Positions 48,248-58,640 of a DNA stretch of 64,000 nt are shown here, in pieces. Below the pieces are notes generated by a model. The model ran no database searches, was not told the DNA's origin, and saw only the letters and a list, made by a program, of their open reading frames with translations. Every line of letters begins with the position of its first letter. The stretch's first letter is position 1. The translations under genes and the position numbers were made by a program. The stretch comes from Candidatus Poribacteria bacterium (GTDB lineage Bacteria; Poribacteria; WGA-4E; WGA-3G), in assembly GCA_009841255.1 (NCBI GenBank), contig VXMD01000050.1:17533-81532 (forward strand). The letters are read 5' to 3'.

Positions 48248-49207
48248 TTAGCGACGGGCGAGTCTACCGCCGTAGTGGTTTTCATAGATATACTTGTAGG
48301 CGCGTTCTGAGAGTCTCCGCAAGATATAGGTGCGTTGATTTCTCCACTTCGCAAAAGACTGCCAGCGATTTCTTCGGTTGGTCTTGGTCCTGTCTTCCAT
48401 CAACCCAACAAACACATAAGCCCTTTGTTTACCTTGTGGGTCGCGGAAAACTAATATGCCACCATCCCCTACCAATCCGTAGACGGTACCCGTTTTGTTG
48501 TAAACCGTTACTGACGAAGGGAGGTAGGTATATTTAAAGATGTAATCCCCATTTTTGAGTTTAAAGTACCACTTCATTTTTTCCGAATGCGGGAGCCTGT
48601 CGTGCCACAATCGCAGAAAGAAGGTGCCGAGATCACGAGCGGATGTCATATTCTTGTAGGTCCGCCCGCTCAGGGGTATGTATTCGACGATCCGAGTCTC
48701 CTTAAAATAGGGGTAATTCGTTTTCAGTATCCGATTAACGCGTGCCGGTCCGCCAAGTAACCGAATAAAATGGTTGGTAGATGGATTGTTGCTCCGCTGG
48801 ATCATAGCCGTTAGGTGTGACCGGTTTAGAGCGGTGTGTGCTTGCCGTCCGTGTTTAACTTCATGAAAATAGGCGAGCATAACAAAGTTCTTAATCAGCG
48901 AGGCTGCCATCATCTGCCGATTTTCGTTGATGGACACGAGTTTTCTATTTTTTGAGATATCGTAGACGACGAAGCTCGTACGGTCGGTTGTTGCGAGCGC
49001 ACGGCGATTCCGTTTGTTTTTAACATAGAGCTCGAAGGTTGCCTCCAAAGGCGAATCGATCGTCCTTCGAAGTTTGCTCGGGACCCCCGGATATTCCCTG
49101 GCTGGCGCGCTGCCTATCGGAAATAAGAGTGCGATACCACAACAAAGCACGAGCGGGTATAACTTTCGTATATATCTCAACATTCTGCTGCCGATTTTCG
49201 TTTTCAT
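48248..49207 (-). CDS. class A beta-lactamase-like serine hydrolase
   Basis: SLIK (SxxK), SNN and KTG motifs in the right order. N-terminal signal or TM segment. Confidence 0.65.
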   Translation of the reverse strand: MKTKIGSRMLRYIRKLYPLVLCCGIALLFPIGSAPAREYPGVPSKLRRTIDSPLEATFELYVKNKRNRRALATTDRTSFVVYDISKNRKLVSINENRQMMAASLIKNFVMLAYFHEVKHGRQAHTALNRSHLTAMIQRSNNPSTNHFIRLLGGPARVNRILKTNYPYFKETRIVEYIPLSGRTYKNMTSARDLGTFFLRLWHDRLPHSEKMKWYFKLKNGDYIFKYTYLPSSVTVYNKTGTVYGLVGDGGILVFRDPQGKQRAYVFVGLMEDRTKTNRRNRWQSFAKWRNQRTYILRRLSERAYKYIYENHYGGRLARR

Positions 49208-49271
49208 TCGTGTCCCCTAACAGATGAAAGTTATGTTATCTATGAGGGCAAAAGGGTGTCTGAATTACGAA

Positions 49272-50813
49272 TCAATCGCCGCTGGAATTAATGTCCGTAT
49301 TCAGAGTCGGTAACTGATAGCACGCCGCTTCACGATCGTTTCGGACGAGGAGGTAATCTCCCACAAGGGCGGGAGTATTCCAAGTTCTACCCTTGAGTGG
49401 CGCGAACCGTGCGTATTCTATGTGGTTGTTCGGGTTTGGATCTACGAGTACAACTTCGCCGGATTCGGTCAAGACAAGGAGCACATCGGAAATCAGGAGC
49501 GTCTGTCCGTGTCCATATCTCCCGCGTTTCCATTGACGTGTGCCGTCGGTTGGGTTTATACAGGCAAAGATCCCGTCGTCTAACCCGTACAGATAGCCTT
49601 CATAATAGATGATGTTGGTGAATTTGGCTTTTAGATATATGGTTTCCCATATAGTAGAAACGTTGAATTCATCTGTTGGGTTACGAGAAATTTGGAAGAG
49701 TTTCGCCCCGATACCGTAACCGCTTGAGACGAGAAGTTGGTCGTCAGGGAGCGGTACGGGTTGTGATACACATTCCACCGGCATGGGCCAGGGTTGCTTC
49801 CATAAGAGTTTACCGCTCAAGGGTTCATGCGCCGTGACGAGTCCTTGATTAAAAATCACGATCTGCTCGACACCCGCGAACGTCGTGAGGAAGGGTGAAC
49901 TGTAACCGCTCTGGGTCCTGTATCCTATCCAAGCGACCTCGCCGGTCTCTCTGTTGTATGCAACCGCACCGCCCGCACTGACGACAACGAATTCACCAAA
50001 AACGAGTGGCGAAATGCTTACGCCCCAAGGGGGTGCTGTTGCCTCGTGTTCTTCAAAGATGTTAGTCGTCCAGAGTTGTTCCCCAGTCTCAAAGTCGAGG
50101 CAGTTGAGAATCCCGGTTGAACCGACGGTATAGACCCTATTTCCTGAGATCGTCGGGGTGGCTCGCGGTCCGAGTCCAGCCGGAGGTGTGTTGTATTTGG
50201 CGTAGTCTTGGTGGGTCCACTTCACATCACCTGTGTGGAGTGCGTAGCAGACCACTTTTTCCCGGTTGTCTTCCTGTTCTTGTGTGATTGCGGAATTACC
50301 GGCAATTGCGAATCCTGACCAACCTGCGCCGACAGGTCGCCGCCACACTAACTTCGGGGGAGAGGCTTCCCAATCAAGGTTCAGCCTTGTCGTGGATATG
50401 ACGCCGTTTCGGTGCTGTCCGAGAAACTGTGGATAGTCGGTTGTGGATACTGGCGGATCCGGCGCGTTTTCAGAACGCGATAGAAAAGTCGTTTGTCTCT
50501 CTTGCCAACGCCATTCAAATATCGGCACGAGATCACCGCTGAATCCTTTGAATTGGAATAGGTTGGCGCCGATCAGAACACCCACGGCGATCACCGCAAG
50601 GGCAAGATATTTAACCCGCCCTCTCATCTCAGAAAGGAATAATAACCATAGGATCCCCAAGATGATCGTGACGATGACAATTAGGGTGGTTAAGAGAATC
50701 TTATCCTGGCGATGGCCCGCGTCCGTAATCCATGTCACCAGCACACCTACAATGGCTAAGATGATGACAACATAAAGGGGCCACCAGCGGATCGATTTTG
50801 GGGTCTGTTCCAC
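49272..50813 (-). CDS. PQQ-like beta-propeller repeat protein with N-terminal TM helices
   Basis: Repeated WxxxxG propeller blades. Three N-terminal TM helices. Confidence 0.7.
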   Translation of the reverse strand: MEQTPKSIRWWPLYVVIILAIVGVLVTWITDAGHRQDKILLTTLIVIVTIILGILWLLFLSEMRGRVKYLALAVIAVGVLIGANLFQFKGFSGDLVPIFEWRWQERQTTFLSRSENAPDPPVSTTDYPQFLGQHRNGVISTTRLNLDWEASPPKLVWRRPVGAGWSGFAIAGNSAITQEQEDNREKVVCYALHTGDVKWTHQDYAKYNTPPAGLGPRATPTISGNRVYTVGSTGILNCLDFETGEQLWTTNIFEEHEATAPPWGVSISPLVFGEFVVVSAGGAVAYNRETGEVAWIGYRTQSGYSSPFLTTFAGVEQIVIFNQGLVTAHEPLSGKLLWKQPWPMPVECVSQPVPLPDDQLLVSSGYGIGAKLFQISRNPTDEFNVSTIWETIYLKAKFTNIIYYEGYLYGLDDGIFACINPTDGTRQWKRGRYGHGQTLLISDVLLVLTESGEVVLVDPNPNNHIEYARFAPLKGRTWNTPALVGDYLLVRNDREAACYQLPTLNTDINSSGD

Positions 50814-51058
50814 TATAAGAGTTCCTTTTTTCCTTCCTGAGACGTGAAATTACGCCTAAATTTCAAGGTTTTACGCCGCTATACTAACTATAATAGTGTC
50901 TTTCATTAGGGTTTGTCAAGGAAAATTTGTAGATCCTGGGATGCCCGCGTGTTCTCACTGTGAATGGCGTGAAAATTTGCATAAAAACAGGACGTTGTGA
51001 TACAATATTAGAAGGCAAAGGGACGAAGCACAGAAATTGTGTGAAAGGAGGGAACTGG

Positions 51059-51832
51059 ATGCGTTTTGAGAATAGGGTTGCATTTGTAACAGGTGGCGGT
51101 GGACCGTTAGGTATCGGGAGGGCGGCGTGTTTGGCGTTCGCGCGTGAAGGTGCAGCTGTCGTTGTTGCGGGGGGTAGGAGTGCCGATGCCGTCGCGGCGG
51201 AAGTCCGTGCCGAGGGTGGCGAAGCGATCGCTGTCCCCTTAGATGTCACCGTGCCTGAGGACGTTCAGGAAGCCGTAGCAATTGCAGTGAAGACATTTAA
51301 ACGGATTGATATTCTCTTTAATAATGCCGGAATTCTCGGTAGGCAACCGTTGTTTGAAGTGACACCCGAACAGTTTGACAGGGTAATGGCGGTGAATGTG
51401 AAGGGATGCCTTCTTTGTGCGCAGGCGGTTGTTCAAGTGATGATAGATCAGGGGATACGCGGACGCATCATTAACAACTCCTCTATTTTTGCCGAGGAAT
51501 CTCACGTCGGTGTTTTGAGTTATTGTGTGAGTAAAGCGGCACTGAATCGGCTCACGCGGAGTCTCGCACTGGAGCTGCGTCCACACGGTATCACTGTGAA
51601 TGCTGTCGCACCGGGAGGCGGCGCGCCGACCGGTATGAATGCTGCACAGAATCTCCCTGAGGGTGACACCCTCCCCGATTTACCGCCTGTTTCGCCGGAC
51701 GCGCCGCCGCTTGAACGCGGGGCATCGGTGTGGGATTATATTGGGGCGGTGTTGTTTCTTGCCTCTGATGAAGCCGCCTATATTAGTGGTGATATTATGA
51801 CTGTTGACGGGGGTGCCGTTTCGCGTCGATGA
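51059..51832 (+). CDS. SDR family oxidoreductase
   Basis: TGGGGPLGIG Rossmann motif. AAGGAGGG ribosome-binding site 7 nt before ATG 51059. Catalytic YxxxK (YCVSK). Confidence 0.85.
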   Translation: MRFENRVAFVTGGGGPLGIGRAACLAFAREGAAVVVAGGRSADAVAAEVRAEGGEAIAVPLDVTVPEDVQEAVAIAVKTFKRIDILFNNAGILGRQPLFEVTPEQFDRVMAVNVKGCLLCAQAVVQVMIDQGIRGRIINNSSIFAEESHVGVLSYCVSKAALNRLTRSLALELRPHGITVNAVAPGGGAPTGMNAAQNLPEGDTLPDLPPVSPDAPPLERGASVWDYIGAVLFLASDEAAYISGDIMTVDGGAVSRR

Positions 51833-51854
51833 ATTATGATGAGGAGAAGACTTT

Positions 51855-52298
51855 TTGGGGTTTATTGAACCGTTAAAAAATTTCTGTTTCGTTCTCTTTG
51901 GATGGTTAAAAGGGCATGGGGTGCTGCTAATTTCCGTCTCTGTCACCAGTTTTATCGTGAGCATCCTCTTTTGCACGCTGGTGATCGCTTACTTACCTTC
52001 CGACTATTTCTTGCCGACTGGCCAGTCGAGTCGCGTCAAAAATCCCGTTTTGCGGATAGGTCTCAAGTGCTTAAAAAATCTGTTCGCAATGCTCCTTGTT
52101 GTGGTTGGGATTATTCAGATACCCTTACCCGGACAAGGTGTTTTGACGATACTGATAGGGATTATCATCAGCGATATTCCGGGGAAGCGGCGGGTAGAAC
52201 GGCGGATTATCCGTTCGCCGGTGATCTTAGCGACCGCAAACGGCATTCGTTCACGCTTTAAGCGTCCGTTGTTTGTGTTGGATGAATCGCTGGAGTAG
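51855..52298 (+). CDS. small membrane protein
   Basis: Three hydrophobic helices. Confidence 0.45.
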   Translation: MGFIEPLKNFCFVLFGWLKGHGVLLISVSVTSFIVSILFCTLVIAYLPSDYFLPTGQSSRVKNPVLRIGLKCLKNLFAMLLVVVGIIQIPLPGQGVLTILIGIIISDIPGKRRVERRIIRSPVILATANGIRSRFKRPLFVLDESLE

Positions 52299-52456
52299 AA
52301 GTGGTCCGCCGGATAGTTTATAGTAAACCGGGATTTAAGGGTTTATTCGCTTGATTCTGACAGCTCGACAGCAAAAGGTTTGCCCCCACCTTCACATTGG
52401 TGTTATAATTTGAATATAATCATGATCCTCTAATCATTAAGGAACGGATTCAAACG

Positions 52457-52612
52457 ATGAAACTAAAAATCGTCATTCACAACGCTGAAGAAGGTGGGTA
52501 TTGGGCAGAAGTACCATCAATTGCCGGTTGTGCCACGCAAGGCGATACCTTTGAAGAATTGCTCGAAAACATCTACGAAGCAATTGAGGGGTGTCTGTCC
52601 GTAGACGTTTAA
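52457..52612 (+). CDS. HicB-like (UPF0150) small protein, orphan antitoxin-type
   Basis: [47 protein letters not shown] is a HicB/UPF0150 signature. 51 aa, below the ORF-track cutoff. Confidence 0.5.
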   Translation: MKLKIVIHNAEEGGYWAEVPSIAGCATQGDTFEELLENIYEAIEGCLSVDV

Positions 52613-53319
52613 CGCGGAAGTAATTGCTTATGAATCTCCAATAACTGTTGGAGTTCTTCGATCGGCTTCTCGGCATCGTCCACCCGTAGGTCGATGTACC
52701 GGTCATTAAAACCACCGTAACCACTGTTCTCTTTGACAACGAGCAGGGCGGCTGACTGTTGTCCGCGTGTATCTCCACCTGCTTCTTGCCCTGCGAAGAG
52801 TGCCGCCATCAATTTATCTGCCAGCTCACCCTCTGTTTCCTCGAATGCTTTTCCCATTGACTTGACGACGTCTTCACCGGCGAGGATATTGCCTTGCGCC
52901 GTGTAATATTTACCGGAGACTGCTCCTGCCCACGCGTTGCATTCATCACCTGTATAGTTAGCGACGTTGCCTTTCGCATCCACGATCCCTACCTGCCGGG
53001 TTGCACGTCCCGAATCATCGGCAATGAGACGTTCCAAAGTCTGTTCGGCGGAGAGTCCACTTTTCAGCAGTTTTAAACCGTTGGGACCGAAGGTCGTATT
53101 TGCCCAAGATTGGGTTGCAATCGCGCCAACACCTGCCTCTGCCCACGGGACAACCGCGCCAACGGCGAAAAATTTGGATTGCACGGCGATCCCCAGCGCA
53201 CCGGTTCCTGGGTCATATCCGACAATTGAAAACGTCGCGATGGGAGGTGGAACAGGTTTTTCATCGGATATGTTCGGATCGGAAAGGTGGAACAGTAGAC
53301 TCAGGGGGATGAGAAGCAT
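52609..53319 (-). CDS. DUF1028 family (Ntn-hydrolase-like) protein
   Basis: TFSIVGYD motif. Confidence 0.65.
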   Translation of the reverse strand: MLLIPLSLLFHLSDPNISDEKPVPPPIATFSIVGYDPGTGALGIAVQSKFFAVGAVVPWAEAGVGAIATQSWANTTFGPNGLKLLKSGLSAEQTLERLIADDSGRATRQVGIVDAKGNVANYTGDECNAWAGAVSGKYYTAQGNILAGEDVVKSMGKAFEETEGELADKLMAALFAGQEAGGDTRGQQSAALLVVKENSGYGGFNDRYIDLRVDDAEKPIEELQQLLEIHKQLLPR

Positions 53320-53352
53320 TTGATGGGTCTCCTATGAGCAGGATATAGTGTA

Positions 53353-53374
53353 GGCGAGGTTAGGAAACCTCGCC
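53353..53374. repeat. REP-like short hairpin GGCGAGGTT-AGGA-AACCTCGCC
   Basis: Same stem as the 27039 copy with a different loop. Lies just downstream of the hisD stop. Confidence 0.5.
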
Positions 53375-53390
53375 AACGATGGCAGTAAGC

Positions 53391-54689
53391 TTAGTCTTCT
53401 TCAAATCGGATCTTCATCGCGGCGGCATGCCCTTCGAGTCCTTCAACCTCGGCGAGTTTAACAACCGCTGGTGTGACTTCCGCTAAAGCCGTCTTGGTGT
53501 ATGAGATGAGACTTGACTTCTTTAGGAAATCGTCAACACTGAGTGGGGAGGCGTAACGTGCGGCTGTCCCTGTGGGTAAGACTGCGTTTGTTCCTGCAAT
53601 GTAATCCCCAACGGCTTCTGGTGAATAGGGACCTATGAAGATAGCCCCAGCATTATGCACGTCTCCGAGCCCCTCAAATGGGTTTTCAATGTGAAGTTCG
53701 AGGTGTTCAGGTGCGATTTCGTTGGCAAGAGCGAACGCCTCGGATAGATTTGCGGTGATAAGGGCGGCACCGAAGTTCGCAAACGCTTCTGTCAGTACGT
53801 CGCGGCGGGGTAAGGATTCACCCTGAACCTCAATCGCAGATTTGACCTGTTCGGCGAATCCGAGTGAAGGGGTGATAAGGATTGCGGCGGAGTCAATGTT
53901 GTGTTCTGCTTGTGAGATAAGGTCTGCGGCGACGTAATCTGGGTCGGCTGTGCTGTCGGCGATAACAAGGATTTCGCTGGGACCCGCTAATTTGTCTATA
54001 TCAACGTGTCCGTAAACCTCTTTCTTGGCGAATTGGACATAGAGGTTTCCCGGTCCGACAATTTTATCGACGGGTGGGATGGTCTTGGTGCCGTATGCCA
54101 TCGCGGCGACGGCTTGTGCGCCGCCGCATTTGTAGACTTCTTGGATACCGCATTCTGCGGCGGCAACCAACATATACGGGTTAATCTCCCGATTTCGCAT
54201 CGGAGGGATACAGACGGCGATTTCTTCAACACCCGCAACGGTAGCGGGAATGACGCTCATTAGCAATGAAGAGACGAGGAGTTGGCTGATGGCTGGAACG
54301 TGAACACCGACACGCCTGAGCGGGCGAATCAGATGTCCGAGTAGTACACCGTTGGGCTCTGCGGACATCCATGAGGTTTGTAGCTGTTTCTCATGGAATT
54401 TTTCGATGTTTGTTCTGGCGTGCGTGATTGCGTCTATAAAATCAGAGGGGACTTCTAAATACGCCTCCCCAAATTCTGCTCGTGATACCTTGAGTTCTTT
54501 TGCGGAGATACGGGGTGCGTCGAGTTTACGTGTATATCGGACAACTGCCTTATCCCCTTCCGCTTGCACATCACTCAAAGTACGCCGGACTGTCTTTAAA
54601 ATACTTTCATCTGTGAGTTTACCGCGCTCCTTTAATTTTGAGAGAAAATCCTCGGCTTCTTGGGTGCCTGTCTTGACAATTTGTAACAT
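53391..54689 (-). CDS. hisD: histidinol dehydrogenase
   Basis: HisD signature regions. 432 aa. Confidence 0.9.
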   Translation of the reverse strand: MLQIVKTGTQEAEDFLSKLKERGKLTDESILKTVRRTLSDVQAEGDKAVVRYTRKLDAPRISAKELKVSRAEFGEAYLEVPSDFIDAITHARTNIEKFHEKQLQTSWMSAEPNGVLLGHLIRPLRRVGVHVPAISQLLVSSLLMSVIPATVAGVEEIAVCIPPMRNREINPYMLVAAAECGIQEVYKCGGAQAVAAMAYGTKTIPPVDKIVGPGNLYVQFAKKEVYGHVDIDKLAGPSEILVIADSTADPDYVAADLISQAEHNIDSAAILITPSLGFAEQVKSAIEVQGESLPRRDVLTEAFANFGAALITANLSEAFALANEIAPEHLELHIENPFEGLGDVHNAGAIFIGPYSPEAVGDYIAGTNAVLPTGTAARYASPLSVDDFLKKSSLISYTKTALAEVTPAVVKLAEVEGLEGHAAAMKIRFEED

Positions 54690-54887
54690 TCTACAATAAT
54701 CCTTCCTCTACACAGATGTCGCCCCGCTGGGGCTTTAACGCATTACACATCGGGCTTAGTAAGGTTCCCTCCCACAATTTATGAAAAGGTACTTAAAAAC
54801 GCGATGAAAATAACACCTCTTATTTTAAGGTAGCAACTTAGATTATATGAGCAGGTTTTAGGAATCTACGAGTGGTGCCGAAAGCGG

Positions 54888-56168
54888 CTAAACCTCTTCT
54901 TCGTTGTCGTTGACTCTTTTAATGTTTGCACCGATGTTGTTCAGTTTTTCCTCGATGGATTCATACCCGCGATCGATGTGATAGATCCGTGATATAACGG
55001 TTTCGCCGATTGCTGCCATTCCGACTGCCACAAGCACGGCACCCGCACGGAGATCGGAAGCCATCACGGGTGCACCACTGAGTTTGGAAACACCGTTAAT
55101 CACTGCCCTGCCACCATCGAGCATGATGTCGGCACCCATCCGGTTGAGTTCCGCTGCATGGATATAGCGATCCGTGTGTACATTTTCTGTGATAACGCTA
55201 GTCCCAGATGCGAGGCAGAGCAGTCCCATAATTTGTGCCTGCATATCTGTCGGAAAGCCGGGGAAGGGTTCTGTCGTGACATCAATGCCGCTAATTTCAC
55301 GGGGTGTTGTAACGCGGACACCCGTGTCGTCCCAATCTAATTCAACGCCCGCTTCAGTGAGTTTTTCTGAGATGGCGGGAATTTGTTGGGGGGTGATACC
55401 TTCGACGTAAACGTCGCCTCTGGTAATCGCGCCTGCGACCATGAAGGTGCCAGCCTCAATATCGTCAGATATAACGGTATGTTCGGTACCGCGCAATTGT
55501 TTGACGCCGTGAATCGTCAGGACAGAGGTGCCGATGCCTTCTATATCTGCGCCCATAGTGTTGAGGAAACGGGCGAGATCGGTGATGTGCGGTTCACGGG
55601 CTGCCCCTCGGATCACCGTGGTGCCTTCAGCCAAGGTGGCAGCCATCATCACATTTGCAGTTGCACCGACGCTGGGTCCATGCTGTCCCATCAGATACAT
55701 CTCTGTGCCGACGAGGCGTTCGGCTTGCGCGTAGATGTATCCGCTTTCCACTGTGACTTCTGCACCTAAGTGCTCCAAGCCTCGGATATGCAAGTCGATC
55801 GGACGCGGTCCAATAGCACATCCGCCGGGGAATGAAACTTTTGCCTTCCCTAATTTCGCCACGAGCGGACCGAGGACATAGATAGATGCGCGCATTTTTC
55901 GCACCAGATCATAGGGGGCTTCGTACTCTAAGTGATTTATGGGTTCAATATAGAGTGAGGATTTTTTTATTTTTGTTGTGGCGCCGAGTCCTTCCAACAC
56001 GGCACTGAGGGTTTTTACATCTGTTAGATTTGGTACGTTGTGAAGGACGCTTGTCCCATCGCCGAGAATTGCAGCGGCGACTGCGATCGGTAGAACTGCG
56101 TTTTTGCAACCGCTGACGGGAATTGTTCCTTGAAGTCGGGTGCCGCCTTTGACGATTAACTTTTCCAT
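54888..56168 (-). CDS. murA: UDP-N-acetylglucosamine 1-carboxyvinyltransferase
   Basis: MurA/EPSP synthase fold. 426 aa. Active-site Cys region GGCAIG. Confidence 0.9.
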   Translation of the reverse strand: MEKLIVKGGTRLQGTIPVSGCKNAVLPIAVAAAILGDGTSVLHNVPNLTDVKTLSAVLEGLGATTKIKKSSLYIEPINHLEYEAPYDLVRKMRASIYVLGPLVAKLGKAKVSFPGGCAIGPRPIDLHIRGLEHLGAEVTVESGYIYAQAERLVGTEMYLMGQHGPSVGATANVMMAATLAEGTTVIRGAAREPHITDLARFLNTMGADIEGIGTSVLTIHGVKQLRGTEHTVISDDIEAGTFMVAGAITRGDVYVEGITPQQIPAISEKLTEAGVELDWDDTGVRVTTPREISGIDVTTEPFPGFPTDMQAQIMGLLCLASGTSVITENVHTDRYIHAAELNRMGADIMLDGGRAVINGVSKLSGAPVMASDLRAGAVLVAVGMAAIGETVISRIYHIDRGYESIEEKLNNIGANIKRVNDNEEEV

Positions 56169-56510
56169 TTCCTTCTCCTTACAAATTTTCGTCGCCCAAT
56201 GTAGTGGGTTGTGTTAACCCTACCTGCATAAACGATGCCAATTGCGTATTTGTTACAAGTCGCGTAAATACAGGGCTCTCGCTCGAAAGAGTTGTGTCAA
56301 AAAAGACACATGTTAGGAGTTTGGCATACTTTTTGCATCAAGTTGAAAGCCGACTGGATCAAACGGAACCGCAGTTTTGCCGTGCTTTCTTTTTTTGCAA
56401 TTCGCTTGCCTTGATACACAAATTTTGCTAAAATAGGTTTTACTTTCAATCCTTGCTTTCATTGGTGAGGAAGTCATTGTAGATTTTATTCTTAAAAACA
56501 CAAGGACAAG

Positions 56511-57572
56511 GTGAAACAGATGGCAGACAAGACATATCGTGTTGGAATTATTGGATGCGGGGGCATGGGACGTTCCCATGCGCGTAATTGGACAAGTACT
56601 GGGCGTGTCGAAGTTGTCACGGCTTCAGACATTAGCGCCGAGTCGGCGGCGAAATTTGCGGAAGAGCATGGACTCCCAACGCACTATACCGATTTCGGTG
56701 AAATGTGCGAGCAGGAGGACTTGGACATCGTCAGTATTACGACCTGGCAGAGTGTCCGTGCCGAACCGACGATCGCTGCGGCAGAGAGTGGTGTACTCGG
56801 TGTCATTACTGAGAAACCGATGGCGGCTTCGGTTGGCGATGCGCAGGACATGATGGATGCCTGTGAGAAGCACAACGTGAAGTTGGTCGTTGGACACCAG
56901 CGGCGTTTCAGCCCCCAAAATTGTGAGGCACGTCGCTTGATTCAAGAGGGTGCGATCGGTCAACCGCAGGCGATGCTCCGTCGCGACGGACACGGGCTAT
57001 TGAACCGTGGCACCCATGAAATCGATGAAATGCGCTACATCCTCGGGGATCCAGATCCGTTATGGCTCATCGGTCAGGTTGCACGCAAAACTGATCGTTG
57101 GGAACGACGCGTCAGAACGGAAGACCTGTGCATGGCGGAAATCTGCTTTGAAAACGGTATCCGCGGCATCTACGAAAGCGATTTACCGGAACCCGTCCTC
57201 CGCGGCGATGTCGTCTATGGAGACGATGGGCAGCTCCGTCGGGGTGAAAACAATACGATTGAATTGCTCAACAGCAAAGCCGCAGGATGGCAGGTCGTTG
57301 AACCCCGTCAAGATGAACCGAATCAGTTTGACGAGATGTTAGATTGGATTGCGGGGAGTGTTGATGAACACCGCAATGCAGGCAAACACGGGCTTTGCAC
57401 GATAGAAATCCTGATGGCGATTTATGAATCCTTGCGCCTCCAAGACGTTGTGACGTTCCCGTTAAAAACGCGTCCCAACCCGCTTGACCTTCTGGTCGAA
57501 GGTGGAAAGTTACCGGTATTTGTTGAGGGACGCTACGATATCCGTGCGCCGTTCCCGGAAGAGACGAAGTAG
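56511..57572 (+). CDS. Gfo/Idh/MocA family oxidoreductase
   Basis: N-terminal Rossmann motif GIIGCGGMG. Confidence 0.85.
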   Translation: MKQMADKTYRVGIIGCGGMGRSHARNWTSTGRVEVVTASDISAESAAKFAEEHGLPTHYTDFGEMCEQEDLDIVSITTWQSVRAEPTIAAAESGVLGVITEKPMAASVGDAQDMMDACEKHNVKLVVGHQRRFSPQNCEARRLIQEGAIGQPQAMLRRDGHGLLNRGTHEIDEMRYILGDPDPLWLIGQVARKTDRWERRVRTEDLCMAEICFENGIRGIYESDLPEPVLRGDVVYGDDGQLRRGENNTIELLNSKAAGWQVVEPRQDEPNQFDEMLDWIAGSVDEHRNAGKHGLCTIEILMAIYESLRLQDVVTFPLKTRPNPLDLLVEGGKLPVFVEGRYDIRAPFPEETK

Positions 57573-57766
57573 CTTAATAGTTGTCGGTTGTCGGCGGTCA
57601 GAAGTTGGAAGTTGAGAAGTGTCTACAGTCTATAAAGTCGGTAAAGTGTTCTAAAGTCGGTAAAGTTCAAGACAACTTCCTAACTTTAGAACACTTGCAA
57701 ATTTCTTACACTTTAGAATACTTTACAACGCTCTCTTACTTATTGCTGATTGCTGACAACCGTTAC

Positions 57767-58630
57767 TTAGCAATCCACGTCTTTTCCTTCGCTTCCGTAA
57801 ACGTCCATCCGTTCCTGTGTTGTAATCTCTTCAGTATTCGTCGGTTTGTAATGAAACTGTAACGCGCGCCGCCGTTGTTCCGATTGGTTAACAGGGCTTC
57901 CGTGATGCGTTAACCCGTGCCAGAAAAGACAACCCCCCGGCTTGAGCGGCACCATCGTATCTCGTCCTATGGGTACATCCGTGTCGCAAATCTGCCAATC
58001 CCGCCGTTTGAAATGGATCATCGGTCCCTCATTATTTGAGCCCGGTATGATGTGTAGACATCCGTTTTCAGGCGTGGCTTCATCTAAGGCGATCCATACG
58101 CCGATAACCGTTGTTCCCTCCGGTAGGTTAAAGTAGGCGCAATCCTGATGCCACGGCTTTTCTGAACCGTGACGTGGCGGTTTGACGAGTGCCATGTCTT
58201 GGAATAGTTCAGGCGCATCCCCCATCATTTGTTCGAGCACACCGAGAAGTCCCGCATGGGCTGCCATTGCGTTCAGACGCGGTTCGTAGTCAACAAAACG
58301 GAAGATTTTCCTGATGGCGTCCCGACGTTCCTGTGCTTCCATCTTGTTCTTCTGTTTGGCGAGTTTCGGTTCAAATTGGATCGCCCGAAAATCGGGGCAC
58401 TTTCCATCCATGAGATGGAGCATCCCTGCCAATGCGTCCTCGATTTCGGCGGGGCTAAAGGCATCGTTAATGACGAGGTAACCGTTTCGATGGAAGTATT
58501 CGATCTCTGCCTCGGTTACGGCGGGGAACCCACCGGAAATCCCTTCGGCAGTGGTATCAAAACGGTAAAGGTCGGGTGGATATAGGATTTGGGCGATGTC
58601 TGTCTGTTCGCTTGTCGTTGCGGTATCCAT
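57767..58630 (-). CDS. phytanoyl-CoA dioxygenase (PhyH) family protein
   Basis: PhyH motifs. Third paralog in the window. Confidence 0.75.
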   Translation of the reverse strand: MDTATTSEQTDIAQILYPPDLYRFDTTAEGISGGFPAVTEAEIEYFHRNGYLVINDAFSPAEIEDALAGMLHLMDGKCPDFRAIQFEPKLAKQKNKMEAQERRDAIRKIFRFVDYEPRLNAMAAHAGLLGVLEQMMGDAPELFQDMALVKPPRHGSEKPWHQDCAYFNLPEGTTVIGVWIALDEATPENGCLHIIPGSNNEGPMIHFKRRDWQICDTDVPIGRDTMVPLKPGGCLFWHGLTHHGSPVNQSEQRRRALQFHYKPTNTEEITTQERMDVYGSEGKDVDC

Positions 58631-58640
58631 GTTAAACTCC

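Noticed and set aside
57596-57740. A complex direct-plus-inverted repeat (AAGTCGGTAAAGT x2; GTGTTCTAAAGT / ACTTTAGAACAC) between convergent genes, as a possible mobile element or CRISPR-like feature
   Set aside because: It is a single locus with no second copy in the window and no coding potential. It is most simply a bidirectional terminator or attenuator region, and was not annotated as a feature.
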